NCBI GenBank assembly: GCA_965248205.1
Contig: CBDFIS010000006.1
Location: 3,202,492-3,266,491, forward strand
DNA length: 64,000 nt
Direction of reading: 5' to 3'
Origin: Bryobacterales bacterium
Lineage (GTDB): Bacteria; Acidobacteriota; Terriglobia; Bryobacterales; UBA6623
Shown: in pieces, positions 10,972 through 21,012 of the stretch
Position numbering within the stretch: the first letter of the stretch is position 1
Layout of the letters: every line of letters begins with the position of its first letter
Notes under the pieces: generated by a model
The model's database searches: none
The model's input: the letters and a program-made list of their open reading frames with translations, nothing else
What the model was told of the DNA's origin: nothing
Translations under genes and position numbers: made by a program

Positions 10972-13900
10972 ATGAAAAAGGTAGTCATTGCTGTCGTTGT
11001 GCTGGTTGGGATCGGCAGTGTGGCGTTGATGTTTGCTCCGCCCTCGGGACCGAAACTGGACCCGGCCCAGGCGGCAGAGCTGCAGCGGCTTCGGAACCTT
11101 GGCAAGGCATTCTACGAAAACCCGGGCACACAGACGCAAGCAGTGGATGAGTTGCGCAAAGCCCTGGAGCTGAACCCTGGTTCCGCGCGGGAGCACTTGA
11201 ATTACGGGCTGTCCCTTTTGCGTGTCGGTAAGCCGGAAGAAGGAATCACGCAGATCGAAAAGGCGCGCGAGATCGACCGGTCAATCCCGCACACGTATTT
11301 CAATCTGGGCATCGAGTTCAAGAGGCTTGGGGAGGCCGACCGGGCCATCCAGGAATTCAGCCAGATGCTGAAGCTCGTTCCCGACGAGCCAAAGTCGCAC
11401 TACAACCTCGGTGTTCTGTATCGGTTGAAGCAGGAGACCGACAAGGCCATCGCGGCGTTTGAGCGGGCGTCGGAGCTCGACCCCAGCCTGGCCGCGCCCA
11501 ATTTCCAGCTCTATAACGTTCTGCGGCGTATCGATACCGAGCGCGCGAAGCAGAAACTCGACCGATTCCGCGAGCTCAAGGATCTGCAGGCAGGGGCCGC
11601 GGTCAGCGAAGACATCAACTGGAGTTTCTACTCCGAGCTGTACGACCCGATTGACCCTGGGCCTCCGGTGGCGGAAGCGGCGAAGACGGAGTTCCAAGCC
11701 GTGGAGTTGGCTTTGGGGCTTGAGGGACTGCCGATAGGATTGACCCTTCTCCAGGCGAACAGCGACAGCACCGTGGATTTGGCCGTGTGGTCTCGCGAAT
11801 CGATCGCGTTCAGCCGCGGTGACGGCTTCACCGCAAAGAAGGAAGTCGGGGGAGGGATTCGGTCTCTTGCGGCCGGCGACTTCAACAACGACGGATTCCA
11901 AGACCTTGGCCTTATCACGCGTGATGGGGTTTACCTGGCCGAAGTCCAGAAAGGTGCGGTTAGCGGCGACCCGCGACTGCTTGCAGAAGGTGATTTTCAA
12001 TCGGCGCTTTGGGTCGACTACGACCACGACTACGATCTTGATTTGCTGGCGGTCGGGGCGCGGCAGGTTTTGCTCCGCAACAACGGCGACGGAACCTTCT
12101 TGGATGTTTCCGACAAGTTCCCGTTTGTGACAGGCTCACGCGGGCTGGCCACGGCGGCGCTCGAGCTGTGGGAGAACAATGGTTTCAACATTGTCGTGGC
12201 CTACACCGACAAGGTCGTAGTGTACGAAGACCGCAAGGTCGGAGAGTTTGCGGCTAAGACAATTCAAGGGGTCAAGCCGGCGGGTGACGGCGTGCGCTTG
12301 GATGTGGTTGACCTCGACAACGATGGGTTCCTCGACATCGCGATGTCTTGGGGAGAAGGGGTTGACAGGCGCACGCGAATCCTTCGAAATCATGACGGGC
12401 ACCTCCGCGCGGGCCCGGGAATGCCCGGCGTGCTGGCGTGGGGAGATTTTCAGAACCGCGGCTGGGTTGATGCAATCACGAGCAATGGCCTGTTGCTCAA
12501 CCGCGGGGGTATGAAGTTCGAAGCGGGCCAAGTGTCGGGACTCCCAGATGGAATCGTTGCCGCCGTAGCCGCGGATTTCAACGGGTCCGGACGCGAGGAC
12601 GTGGTGGCCCTGGTCGACGGCGGTCGCACCTATCAGCTTGCTAACGCTACCGAGACCACAAACAAGCACCTTTCGGTTTACCTGAAAGGTGTCAAGAACA
12701 ACGTTCTCGCCGAAGGAGCGCGCGTGGAAGTAAAGGCCGGGCGACTCTATCGCAAGCAGGTCTATCGGGGCGTAGTCCTCACCTTCGGTCTGGCCGGGGC
12801 CGAGAGTATCGATACGGTTCGCATCACTTGGGCGAACGGGCTGATCCAGAATGAGTCCCGGCAGGCGGTGGGGCAGCACTACGTTTACGAAGAAAAGCCG
12901 CGACTGTCGGGATCGTGTCCCATGATCTTTACCTGGAACGGGCGGGAGTTTGAGTTCATCAGTGAGATTTTGGCGGTGGCGCCGCTGGGGACAAGTTTGG
13001 GCGAAGGCAAGTTCTTCCCGGTTGATCATGACGAGTACGTGTGGATTGATGGCAGTGCTTTGAGACCGCGCGACGGGTTTTACGAAGTTAGGATTACGGA
13101 GGAGTTGCGGGAAGTCGCCTACATCGACCAGCTGAAGCTGCTGGCGGTGGATCACCCGAGCGAGGTGGATATTTTCAGCAGCGAGAAATTCAAGGGGCCG
13201 CCGTTTCCGGAGTTTCGCTTATACGGTGTGGACGAACGCCACTATCCCCAGCGGGCAGTTGATCACCACTCGCACGACGTTCGGGAACGTCTATTGAAGA
13301 GGGACCGTCGGTATCCGGACGATTTCGAGCGTGACTTTGCCGGGCGCGCCGAGCACCATTCGCTGACACTCGATTTCCCTTCTCTTAGGGGGCGAGACGA
13401 CGTTGTACTGTTTCTCCATGGCTGGGTCGATTGGGCGGATGCAAGCATCCTAGTTGCCAGTGGGCAGAGCAAGCTTAGCGCGATGCAGTTGCCCTCCTTA
13501 CAGGTGCGAGACGCTCAGGGTAACTGGGTTACGGTTGTCGCAGACATGGGCCTGCCGGCAGGACGACCACGGACGATCGCCGTGGACTTGCGAGGTAAGT
13601 TCCTCTCGGATTCTAGAGAAGTGCGAATCCTCACAAATATGTGCCTTTATTGGGATGAGGTGTTCGCTGGGGTAGACACGGGATCGCCGGAGACGAGATT
13701 GTCGAGTATCCAACCTCATCAGGCGAACCTGCGGTTTCGAGGATTCTCGGAGCTCAAGCTCCATGCGGAACGCAAACAGCCGGAGCGCTATGACTACGCG
13801 CGGGTACATCTGACGTCGATGTGGAATCCAACGCCGGGGATGTATACACGTTTCGGCGAAGTGAGTGAATTACTTGAGACAATCGACGATCGCTTTGTAG

Positions 13901-14184
13901 TTCTGGGTGCGGGCGACGAGTTGGCGTTGAAGTTCCCGACGGCGGGTCTGCCTGATCTTCCGCCTGGCTGGCGGCGCGATTTCTTGCTCTTCGCCGACGG
14001 CTGGGCGAAGGAGAACGAGGCCAACACAGCCTTCGGCGACAGCGTCGAACCTCTTCCCTTTCACGCCATGACGGGCTACCCTTACGGTCCTTCGGAGCAC
14101 TACCCCGACGAACAAACCCATCGCCGGTATCTGCGAGAATATAACGTAAGAGGGGCGTTGAGGCTGATCCGGCCGTTGAGGTGA
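10972..14184 (+). CDS. TPR + FG-GAP/VCBS beta-propeller + ASPIC/UnbV (CRTAC1-like) protein with large C-terminal extension
   Basis: ATG 10972 after GGAGG; N-terminal anchor; TPRs (HTYFNLG, SHYNLG); DFNNDGFQD, DYDHDYDLD and DLDNDGFLD repeats; GSCPMIFTWNG marks the start of the extra domain. Confidence 0.85.
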   Translation: MKKVVIAVVVLVGIGSVALMFAPPSGPKLDPAQAAELQRLRNLGKAFYENPGTQTQAVDELRKALELNPGSAREHLNYGLSLLRVGKPEEGITQIEKAREIDRSIPHTYFNLGIEFKRLGEADRAIQEFSQMLKLVPDEPKSHYNLGVLYRLKQETDKAIAAFERASELDPSLAAPNFQLYNVLRRIDTERAKQKLDRFRELKDLQAGAAVSEDINWSFYSELYDPIDPGPPVAEAAKTEFQAVELALGLEGLPIGLTLLQANSDSTVDLAVWSRESIAFSRGDGFTAKKEVGGGIRSLAAGDFNNDGFQDLGLITRDGVYLAEVQKGAVSGDPRLLAEGDFQSALWVDYDHDYDLDLLAVGARQVLLRNNGDGTFLDVSDKFPFVTGSRGLATAALELWENNGFNIVVAYTDKVVVYEDRKVGEFAAKTIQGVKPAGDGVRLDVVDLDNDGFLDIAMSWGEGVDRRTRILRNHDGHLRAGPGMPGVLAWGDFQNRGWVDAITSNGLLLNRGGMKFEAGQVSGLPDGIVAAVAADFNGSGREDVVALVDGGRTYQLANATETTNKHLSVYLKGVKNNVLAEGARVEVKAGRLYRKQVYRGVVLTFGLAGAESIDTVRITWANGLIQNESRQAVGQHYVYEEKPRLSGSCPMIFTWNGREFEFISEILAVAPLGTSLGEGKFFPVDHDEYVWIDGSALRPRDGFYEVRITEELREVAYIDQLKLLAVDHPSEVDIFSSEKFKGPPFPEFRLYGVDERHYPQRAVDHHSHDVRERLLKRDRRYPDDFERDFAGRAEHHSLTLDFPSLRGRDDVVLFLHGWVDWADASILVASGQSKLSAMQLPSLQVRDAQGNWVTVVADMGLPAGRPRTIAVDLRGKFLSDSREVRILTNMCLYWDEVFAGVDTGSPETRLSSIQPHQANLRFRGFSELKLHAERKQPERYDYARVHLTSMWNPTPGMYTRFGEVSELLETIDDRFVVLGAGDELALKFPTAGLPDLPPGWRRDFLLFADGWAKENEANTAFGDSVEPLPFHAMTGYPYGPSEHYPDEQTHRRYLREYNVRGALRLIRPLR

Positions 14185-14188
14185 GCTG

Positions 14189-17014
14189 TTGTCAAAGTCC
14201 AAAGTAGTGGCAGCAGGTTTCCTGTTGCTACTGCTCAACACCGGTTGGGTCTGGGGTTTTCCAGAAGCCAGCGTCTTCTATCTCGCCAACGTTCTACTTC
14301 ACATCGTCTTGGGCCTGGGGCTGCTTCTGGCGCTTTGGGTTTGGAGGGTAGACGCCGTCCGCTCGTTTCGAAAGCATGCGCGGGCAGCGACGGCGGTATT
14401 GTCGGTGGCAGGCGGGCTGGGCATTGTCCTGTGCTTTGTCGGCGCGACGCGACCGCATTTGTGGATTGTCGTGGTTCACGGGTCTTTGGGCTTTCTCGGG
14501 GCTGCTTTGGTTTGGGGCTACACGCGGAGCCACCTACCTCGTTTTTCTCGGGCGTTGGGCGTAGCTTTCCTCGTAGCGCTGGCTTTACCGTCGAGTCGCT
14601 GGCTGCAGCTGCGCTGGTTCCCGAGCGCGGATGATCGGATCGTCAACCCTACGACAGCTCCCGTGAGCATGGAATACGAAGGTTCCGGCGCCGGGAGCCC
14701 TTTCTTCCCGTCCTCGGCCCAAAGCAATACCGGAGATCTTATTCCGTCGGACTTCTTCTTGGACTCGAAGGTCTGCGGTGAATGCCACAAGGATATTTAC
14801 GAGCAGTGGAACAGCTCGATGCACCACTTTTCGTCATTCAACAACCAGTTCTATCGCAAGTCAATCGAGTACATGCAGGAAGTGACGGGTGGCGTAGAGG
14901 CTTCGAAGTGGTGCGCCGGCTGCCACGACCACGCCATGTTTTTCAACGGCCAGTTCGAACGCCCGGTCAAAGAACAAATCGATACCACGGAAGCCCTAGC
15001 AGGGTTGGGGTGCATGTCCTGCCATTCGATTACGCATGTCGCCGACACGATGGGCAACGGCGGGTTCACGATCACCTACCCCCCGCTACACGAGATGTCG
15101 AAGAGCGACAACCCTATCGTCAAAATCATTCACGACTACTTTGTGAACACCGCTCCGGCGGCGCATCGACAGGCGTTCATGAAGCCGTTCATGCGGCTCG
15201 ACCAATCCGAGTTTTGCGCGACGTGCCACAAAGTGCATTTGGACGTTCCGGTCAATGACTACCGCTGGTTTCGAGGGTTCAACGAGTACGACAACTGGCA
15301 AGCTAGCGGCGTGTCGGGCCACGGGGCACGTTCGTTCTACTATCCAGAACAGCCGGCCAATTGTGTCGATTGTCACATGCCTCTGGTGGAGTCAAGTGAC
15401 CCCGGGAACGTGGACGGAATGGTCCATTCACATCGTTTTCCGGCAGCGAATACCGCTGTGCCCTACGTGAATCGGGACGAAGAGCAGCTCCGCGTCACCA
15501 GGGAATTCCTGGAAGACGATATCGTTTCGGTCGACATCTTTGCCGTCTCCCCGGTCGAAGAAGGGGCTGACGCGCCGGCCATGAGGCGCCGGGTGGCCGA
15601 CGCTCAGGTGCTTTCCACCGGGTTCGCCGTTGGCGAGGAAGCAGAAGCCGGAAGCGGGACCGTACTCATCCGAGAAGTAGGCAAGATTGCCGCACCGATC
15701 GATAGGGCGTCCCCGAAGGTCGAAGCCGGTGACACGATCAAGGTGGACGTCGTGGTAAGGACTCGGAAAGTAGGGCACTTCTTCCCTGGTGGAACGGTGG
15801 ATTCGTTCGATGTTTGGCTCGAGCTGCAGGCGGTGGATGCGGATGGGCGACAGATTTTCTGGAGCGGCGCGGTCGAAGACGACGGCAAGGGTCCGGTTGA
15901 AAGCGGAGCGCATTTTTATCGTGCGTTCCTACTGGACGAGCATAGTAACCCCATCAATAAGCGCAATGCTTTCCAAGCTCGAAGCGCCCTGTATGTGCGG
16001 CTCATACCGCCTGGTGCCGCCGATGTGGCGCACTTTCGGATGAAGATTCCTGAAAACGCGCGCGGGCCGATCCGTTTGCTGGCCAAGTTGAACTATCGGA
16101 AGTTTTCGCATTACTACACGCAGTTTGCCTACGCGGGCCAGCCGGACCCGACGGATACCGCGAGCTTTAGCAAGGGCTACGACGATCGTCGCTTTACGTT
16201 TTCTCCCGCCGATATTCCGCATAATGTTGCCGGCCAGATCAAAGACCGTATTCCCAACTTGCCGATCGTGGTTTTGGCTCAAACGGAAGCGAAGCTGGAG
16301 ATTAGTCCGGGCGAGACGAATTGGGGCCCGGCCGTGCAGCCGGAAGACGCGAAGCGTTGGAACGACTACGGGATCGGTTTGCTGCTGCAAGGAGATCTGA
16401 AAGGGGCCGAATACGCTTTTCTGCGTGTGACCGAGGCCGATCCTGTCTTCGCCGACGGGTGGTTGAACGTAGCCCGAGCGTTGATCCAGGAAGGCCAAAT
16501 AGACGCGGCGAGGCCCTTCATCGAGAAAGCGTTGGCAGTCAACGATAGCTTAGGGCGCATTCACTTTTTCTATGCCAAGATTCAGAAGTCGGAAGGGGAC
16601 TACGACGGTGCGCTGGCTTCTCTGCGGCGTGCCGAAAGCCAGTACCCACGTGATCGCGTTGTGCTGAACGAAATCGCGAACATACTTTTCCTCAAGCGCC
16701 AGTACGGAGAAGCGATTCAGGTCCTGGACCGCGTTGCCCGAATCGACCCCGAAGATCTCCAGATGCACTATCGCCGAATGCTCTGTTACCGGGGCTTGGG
16801 GGACACGGAAAGCGCGGCGCGGGAAGAGAAGCTGTTCCGGCGCTTCAAGGCCGATGAGTCGGCGCAGACGGTCACCGCGCGCATCCGCAGGCTGAGTCCG
16901 GAAGACAACAACGAGCGCCAATCGATTCACGAGCACGTCTCGGTCGAGTTGCCGGTTCAGGTCGCGGCGAGCCCGACCGGCGCGGCAATGGACGAGCTCG
17001 GGGGCCTTCCGTGA
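14189..17014 (+). CDS. Membrane-bound pentaheme cytochrome c (c554-like) with C-terminal TPRs
   Basis: TTG start; N-terminal TM helices; CxxCH x5 (CGECH, CAGCH, CMSCH, CATCH, CVDCH); TPR repeats from RWNDYGIG onward. Confidence 0.85.
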   Translation: MSKSKVVAAGFLLLLLNTGWVWGFPEASVFYLANVLLHIVLGLGLLLALWVWRVDAVRSFRKHARAATAVLSVAGGLGIVLCFVGATRPHLWIVVVHGSLGFLGAALVWGYTRSHLPRFSRALGVAFLVALALPSSRWLQLRWFPSADDRIVNPTTAPVSMEYEGSGAGSPFFPSSAQSNTGDLIPSDFFLDSKVCGECHKDIYEQWNSSMHHFSSFNNQFYRKSIEYMQEVTGGVEASKWCAGCHDHAMFFNGQFERPVKEQIDTTEALAGLGCMSCHSITHVADTMGNGGFTITYPPLHEMSKSDNPIVKIIHDYFVNTAPAAHRQAFMKPFMRLDQSEFCATCHKVHLDVPVNDYRWFRGFNEYDNWQASGVSGHGARSFYYPEQPANCVDCHMPLVESSDPGNVDGMVHSHRFPAANTAVPYVNRDEEQLRVTREFLEDDIVSVDIFAVSPVEEGADAPAMRRRVADAQVLSTGFAVGEEAEAGSGTVLIREVGKIAAPIDRASPKVEAGDTIKVDVVVRTRKVGHFFPGGTVDSFDVWLELQAVDADGRQIFWSGAVEDDGKGPVESGAHFYRAFLLDEHSNPINKRNAFQARSALYVRLIPPGAADVAHFRMKIPENARGPIRLLAKLNYRKFSHYYTQFAYAGQPDPTDTASFSKGYDDRRFTFSPADIPHNVAGQIKDRIPNLPIVVLAQTEAKLEISPGETNWGPAVQPEDAKRWNDYGIGLLLQGDLKGAEYAFLRVTEADPVFADGWLNVARALIQEGQIDAARPFIEKALAVNDSLGRIHFFYAKIQKSEGDYDGALASLRRAESQYPRDRVVLNEIANILFLKRQYGEAIQVLDRVARIDPEDLQMHYRRMLCYRGLGDTESAAREEKLFRRFKADESAQTVTARIRRLSPEDNNERQSIHEHVSVELPVQVAASPTGAAMDELGGLP

Positions 17015-18831
17015 GGGCCGACGAGCCAAGTGCAGCCGGGCTGACGCATGGCTACCCAGTCCAAACTGTTTCTCCAACGAAGTTTCTTGCGCTGTCGAAC
17101 CGCGAGTGCAAGAGCTTTCACTCTCCCCAGGCGGCAAGCCTGCTGGTGCTCTCGGCAGTAGCCGTGTGCCTGCTCACAGGAGCTTGTGGGCCGAGGGATT
17201 CCCAGGACGGGAACCCCACCCTTGTGACTGCGGCCGCCGACGTGGTTTTCACTGATGTGACTTCGGCTGCCGGCATCGAATTCGTGCACCACAATGGGCG
17301 CTCGGGCAAGAAGTGGCTGCCCGAAACGCTAGGCTCCGGCTGTGCCTTTCTCGATTTCAACAACGACGATTGGCCGGACATTCTGCTCGTCAACAGCAAG
17401 AGTTGGGAATCCGACCCGAAGCAGAAGACCACCATGGCCCTTTATCGCAACAGCGGTAAGGGGACGTTCACCGACGTTACGAAGGAAGCCGGGCTGGCGA
17501 TCGAGATGTACGGCATGGGAGTTGCGGTCGCGGATTACGACAACGACGGGTATCAGGATTTCTACATCACCGCTTTGGACGGCGATCGCCTCTTTCGCAA
17601 CCAAGGCGACGGAACGTTTCGGGACGTCACCGAGCAAGCAGGCATTGACAATGCGAATTTCGGAACAAGCGCGGCCTGGCTTGACTACGACCGCGACGGG
17701 CTCCTTGACGTGTTCGTGGCCAATTACGTCGTATGGAGTCCGCAAAACGATCTGTGGTGCTCGCTCGACGGCGAGACAAAGTCCTACTGCACGCCGGAAT
17801 CCTATAACGGTGTCTCATCGCGCCTGTATCGTAATGTCGGTGGCGGCAAGTTCGAGGATGTCACAACCCCTGCCGGGATTCTCGACGACACCAGCAAGGC
17901 CCTCGGTGTGGCGCTTCTCGATTTCGACAGTGATGGATGGCTCGATATCTTCCAAGCGAACGACACGCAGCCCAACAAGCTCTATCGCAACAATAGAGAC
18001 GGTACGTTTACGGACAAAGGTCTGGCTTCGGGGGTCGCGTTCGCCGAGGATGGCAAGGCACGCGGGGCGATGGGCGTCGATGCCGCCGACTACGACCGCT
18101 CGGGACGCCCGCACCTGCTGATCGGAAACTTCTCGAATGAGATGTTGTCGCTCTACCGCAACGAGGGCAACGGGCTGTTTGTGGATGAAGCTCCTACGAG
18201 CGCAGTCGGTCGCGCCAGCTTGCTGTATCTGACCTTCGGAACATTTTTCTTCGACTACGATCTTGACAGCTACCTGGATATCTTCGCCGCCAACGGACAT
18301 TTGGAGCAGGAGATCAGTCGGGTCCAGCCGAAAGTTCAATACCGGCAAGCGCCCCTGTTGTTTCGGAATACGGGACAAGGGCGGTTTGAGCTTGCCAACG
18401 AGAAGGTTGGAGCGGATTTTGTGCGCCCTGTCGTCGCGCGCGGCGCCGCCTACGGTGACTACGATCGCGATGGGGACCTCGATGTCCTGATTTCGACGAA
18501 CGATGGTCCGGCCTATCTTTTGCGCAACGACGGCGGCAATGCCAATTCATATCTGCGATTGAAGCTAGTAGGCCGCGAGTCGAATCGCAGCGGCATCGGG
18601 ACGGTTGTCAAAGTGCGGAGTTCCTCCGGCGAGCAGTGGCAGATGGTTCGAAGCGGCTCGAGTTATTGCTCCCAAAGCGAGCTGCCCCTCACGTTTGGCT
18701 TGGGAGGTGATCTTGTCGTGGAACAGATCGAGGTCGTCTGGCCTAGCGGCAAGAATCAGAAGTTTGAGAAGATCGAACCGAATCAGTTCTTCGTAGTGTA
18801 CGAGGAGGCCGGGATTCAGAAGGGACCCTGA
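17011..18831 (+). CDS. CRTAC1 family (FG-GAP repeats + ASPIC/UnbV) lipoprotein-like protein
   Basis: FTDVTSAAGI, DFNNDDWPD, DYDNDGYQD and DYDRDGLLD repeats; ESNRSGIG..GSSYCSQSELPLTFGLG UnbV motif; overlaps the upstream stop (GTGA). Confidence 0.88.
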   Translation: MRADEPSAAGLTHGYPVQTVSPTKFLALSNRECKSFHSPQAASLLVLSAVAVCLLTGACGPRDSQDGNPTLVTAAADVVFTDVTSAAGIEFVHHNGRSGKKWLPETLGSGCAFLDFNNDDWPDILLVNSKSWESDPKQKTTMALYRNSGKGTFTDVTKEAGLAIEMYGMGVAVADYDNDGYQDFYITALDGDRLFRNQGDGTFRDVTEQAGIDNANFGTSAAWLDYDRDGLLDVFVANYVVWSPQNDLWCSLDGETKSYCTPESYNGVSSRLYRNVGGGKFEDVTTPAGILDDTSKALGVALLDFDSDGWLDIFQANDTQPNKLYRNNRDGTFTDKGLASGVAFAEDGKARGAMGVDAADYDRSGRPHLLIGNFSNEMLSLYRNEGNGLFVDEAPTSAVGRASLLYLTFGTFFFDYDLDSYLDIFAANGHLEQEISRVQPKVQYRQAPLLFRNTGQGRFELANEKVGADFVRPVVARGAAYGDYDRDGDLDVLISTNDGPAYLLRNDGGNANSYLRLKLVGRESNRSGIGTVVKVRSSSGEQWQMVRSGSSYCSQSELPLTFGLGGDLVVEQIEVVWPSGKNQKFEKIEPNQFFVVYEEAGIQKGP

Positions 18832-19032
18832 GCAGGCTTACCGGGCAATGCCACGGCGCGCGATTCACTGGGAGTCAATAAGGCGTATCGGCCATAACAC
18901 CAGCCGATGGTTTGCTGTTTTGACGCTGTTCTGCGCCACCTTGGTCGCCCAGCAACCCAGTATTCAAAACCCCTACACGTCGGCCGACGATGAAGCGGCC
19001 GGCGCTCGGCTTTTTCGCCCCTTCTGCGCAAT

Positions 19033-20361
19033 CAGTGCTGTCCGGGGAAAGTCGCGCCATCGGACGGTAAGTCTCGACCGTTCAATGTCTTATGGCCTGT
19101 TTTGCCCGGGAACGATTTGAAATCCCGAGGCCGCAAATGGTCGCCTGAACGGAGCATCCGGACGCGGCACAATGAGGGATGAACCTTGGCCGTACGGTTT
19201 TCTCCCAACTGATCGAGCACCTACCGAGCAAAGAGTTTCAGAAATGTGTATCGCGCTACCGCGGCGATTCCTATCTGAAAAGTTTCTCCTGCTGGGATCA
19301 GTTTCTTGCGATGGCATTCGCCCAGCTGACCTATCGGGCAAGCCTCCGCGACATCGAGACGTGCCTGCGTTCGATGCACGGCAAACTCTACCACATGGGA
19401 TTCCGCGGCAGGGTAGCGCGCTCGACACTGGCCGACGCGAACGAGTCGCGCGACTGGCGGATCTACGCGGACTTCGCGCAGGTCTTGATTGGCATGGCAC
19501 GGCCGTTATATGCCCACGACCCGATCGGTGTGGACTTGGACCAGACTCTGTACGCTCTCGACTCGACAACAATCGACCTCTGCCTGTCGCTGTTTCCGTG
19601 GGCGAGATTCCGCAAGCAAAAAGCCGCCGTGAAGATGCACACGCTGCTGGATCTGCACGGCAATATTCCCACGTTCATCCGCATTACTGGAGGCAAAGTG
19701 CACGACATCAACATCCTCGACGAGATCGGCCCGGAGGCCGGCGCGTTCTACGTCATGGATCGGGCCTACGTCGATTTCGAACGCCTCTTCGTGTTCACTC
19801 TCTGCTCGTCGTTCTTCGTCGTGCGAACCAAGAAGAACATCTTGCTCCAACGGCGCTACTCGCATCCCGTCGACAAATCCACGGGCTTGCGCTCGGATCA
19901 GACCGTCATACTGGCTGCCATCGAATCGGCCCAAGCCTATCCCGACCCGTTGCGGAGGGTCAGTTACTTCGACGCCCGGACGAACAAGCGGCTGAAGTTT
20001 CTGACCAACAACTTCGCGCTCCCGGCGCTGACCATCGCCCACATCTACAAGTCGCGTTGGCAGATTGAGTTGTTCTTCAAGTGGATCAAGCAACATCTGC
20101 GAATCAACTCGTTTTACGGCACCAGCGAGAACGCCGTCAAGACGCAGATCTGGATCGCTGTCTCGATTTACGTGCTCATCGCCATCGTCCGGAAACGCCT
20201 CGGGCTGGAAGCGAGTCTTTACCAGATTCTACAGATTCTCAGCGTTACGCAATTCGAAAAAATGCCCCTTTTACAGGCACTCCAGCCATCCGACTCCCCA
20301 AACGAATCCCCCTATGACCCCAACCAATTGATTCTATTCGACTTTTAACCGGACAGCAGTG
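19033..20361 (+). mobile_element. IS4-family insertion sequence, copy 1 (1329 bp)
   Basis: Ends CAGTGCTGTCCGG and CCGGACAGCAGTG (12/13 inverted repeat); 9-bp TSD CTGCGCAAT at 19024-19032 and 20362-20370. Confidence 0.97.
19179..20348 (+). CDS. IS4 family DDE transposase (DUF4372 + DDE_Tnp_1 type)
   Basis: 389 aa; YALDSTTIDL, KMHTLLDL, VMDRAY and IYKSRWQIELFFKWIKQ motifs. Confidence 0.95.
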   Translation: MNLGRTVFSQLIEHLPSKEFQKCVSRYRGDSYLKSFSCWDQFLAMAFAQLTYRASLRDIETCLRSMHGKLYHMGFRGRVARSTLADANESRDWRIYADFAQVLIGMARPLYAHDPIGVDLDQTLYALDSTTIDLCLSLFPWARFRKQKAAVKMHTLLDLHGNIPTFIRITGGKVHDINILDEIGPEAGAFYVMDRAYVDFERLFVFTLCSSFFVVRTKKNILLQRRYSHPVDKSTGLRSDQTVILAAIESAQAYPDPLRRVSYFDARTNKRLKFLTNNFALPALTIAHIYKSRWQIELFFKWIKQHLRINSFYGTSENAVKTQIWIAVSIYVLIAIVRKRLGLEASLYQILQILSVTQFEKMPLLQALQPSDSPNESPYDPNQLILFDF

Positions 20362-21012
20362 CTGCGCAATATGCCATGGCCTGGACGGCAGTGGCGTGCC
20401 TGGAATAGGCCGTCAGATCAAGATCGGATCGTCCGGCCATATTACGGACCTTGAGCTGTACGAAACGATCAGAGACGGAATTCCGGGTACCGGGATGCCA
20501 CCTTTCACGTTTAGCGAAAAGGAACGTTGGCAGGTCGTTGCGTTCGTTCAGTCGCTCCGACGGACTGTTGGAGCCAAGGAAAGCGCGAGCGATGCTGCCG
20601 CGGGCGCGCAGCTTTTCCGGGGTAAGGGCGACTGTTCGCGGTGTCACACTGTCAGCGGTAAAGGCGGGCGTCGCGGTCCTGATCTGAGTCGTATTGGACG
20701 GGACAGATCTCTCGATGAGCTGAGGAGATCTATCCTCAACCCGAACGACAAGGTTTCTCCTGCCTACTGGGAGCTGCGCGCTACCACCAGGGAGGGGATC
20801 ACCGTCGCGGGGCGGCGGTTGAATGAAGACACTTTCTCATTCCAGCTCCTCGATTCGCGGGAGCGCCTTATCTCAGTCATGAAGAGCGACCTCGAAGAAT
20901 ATGAGCTGGACAAAGATTCCGCGATGCCTTCCTTCGAGCAAAAGTTGAGTCAGCGCGAAATTGATGACCTTGTCGCTTACCTCGCCACTCTAAAACCAAA
21001 GGGAACGCGGCC

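Noticed and set aside
19172-20068. 298-aa, 196-aa and 160-aa alternative-frame ORFs inside each IS copy
   Set aside because: They overlap the transposase in other frames, have Arg/Pro-rich non-protein-like composition, and recur only because the IS is repeated.
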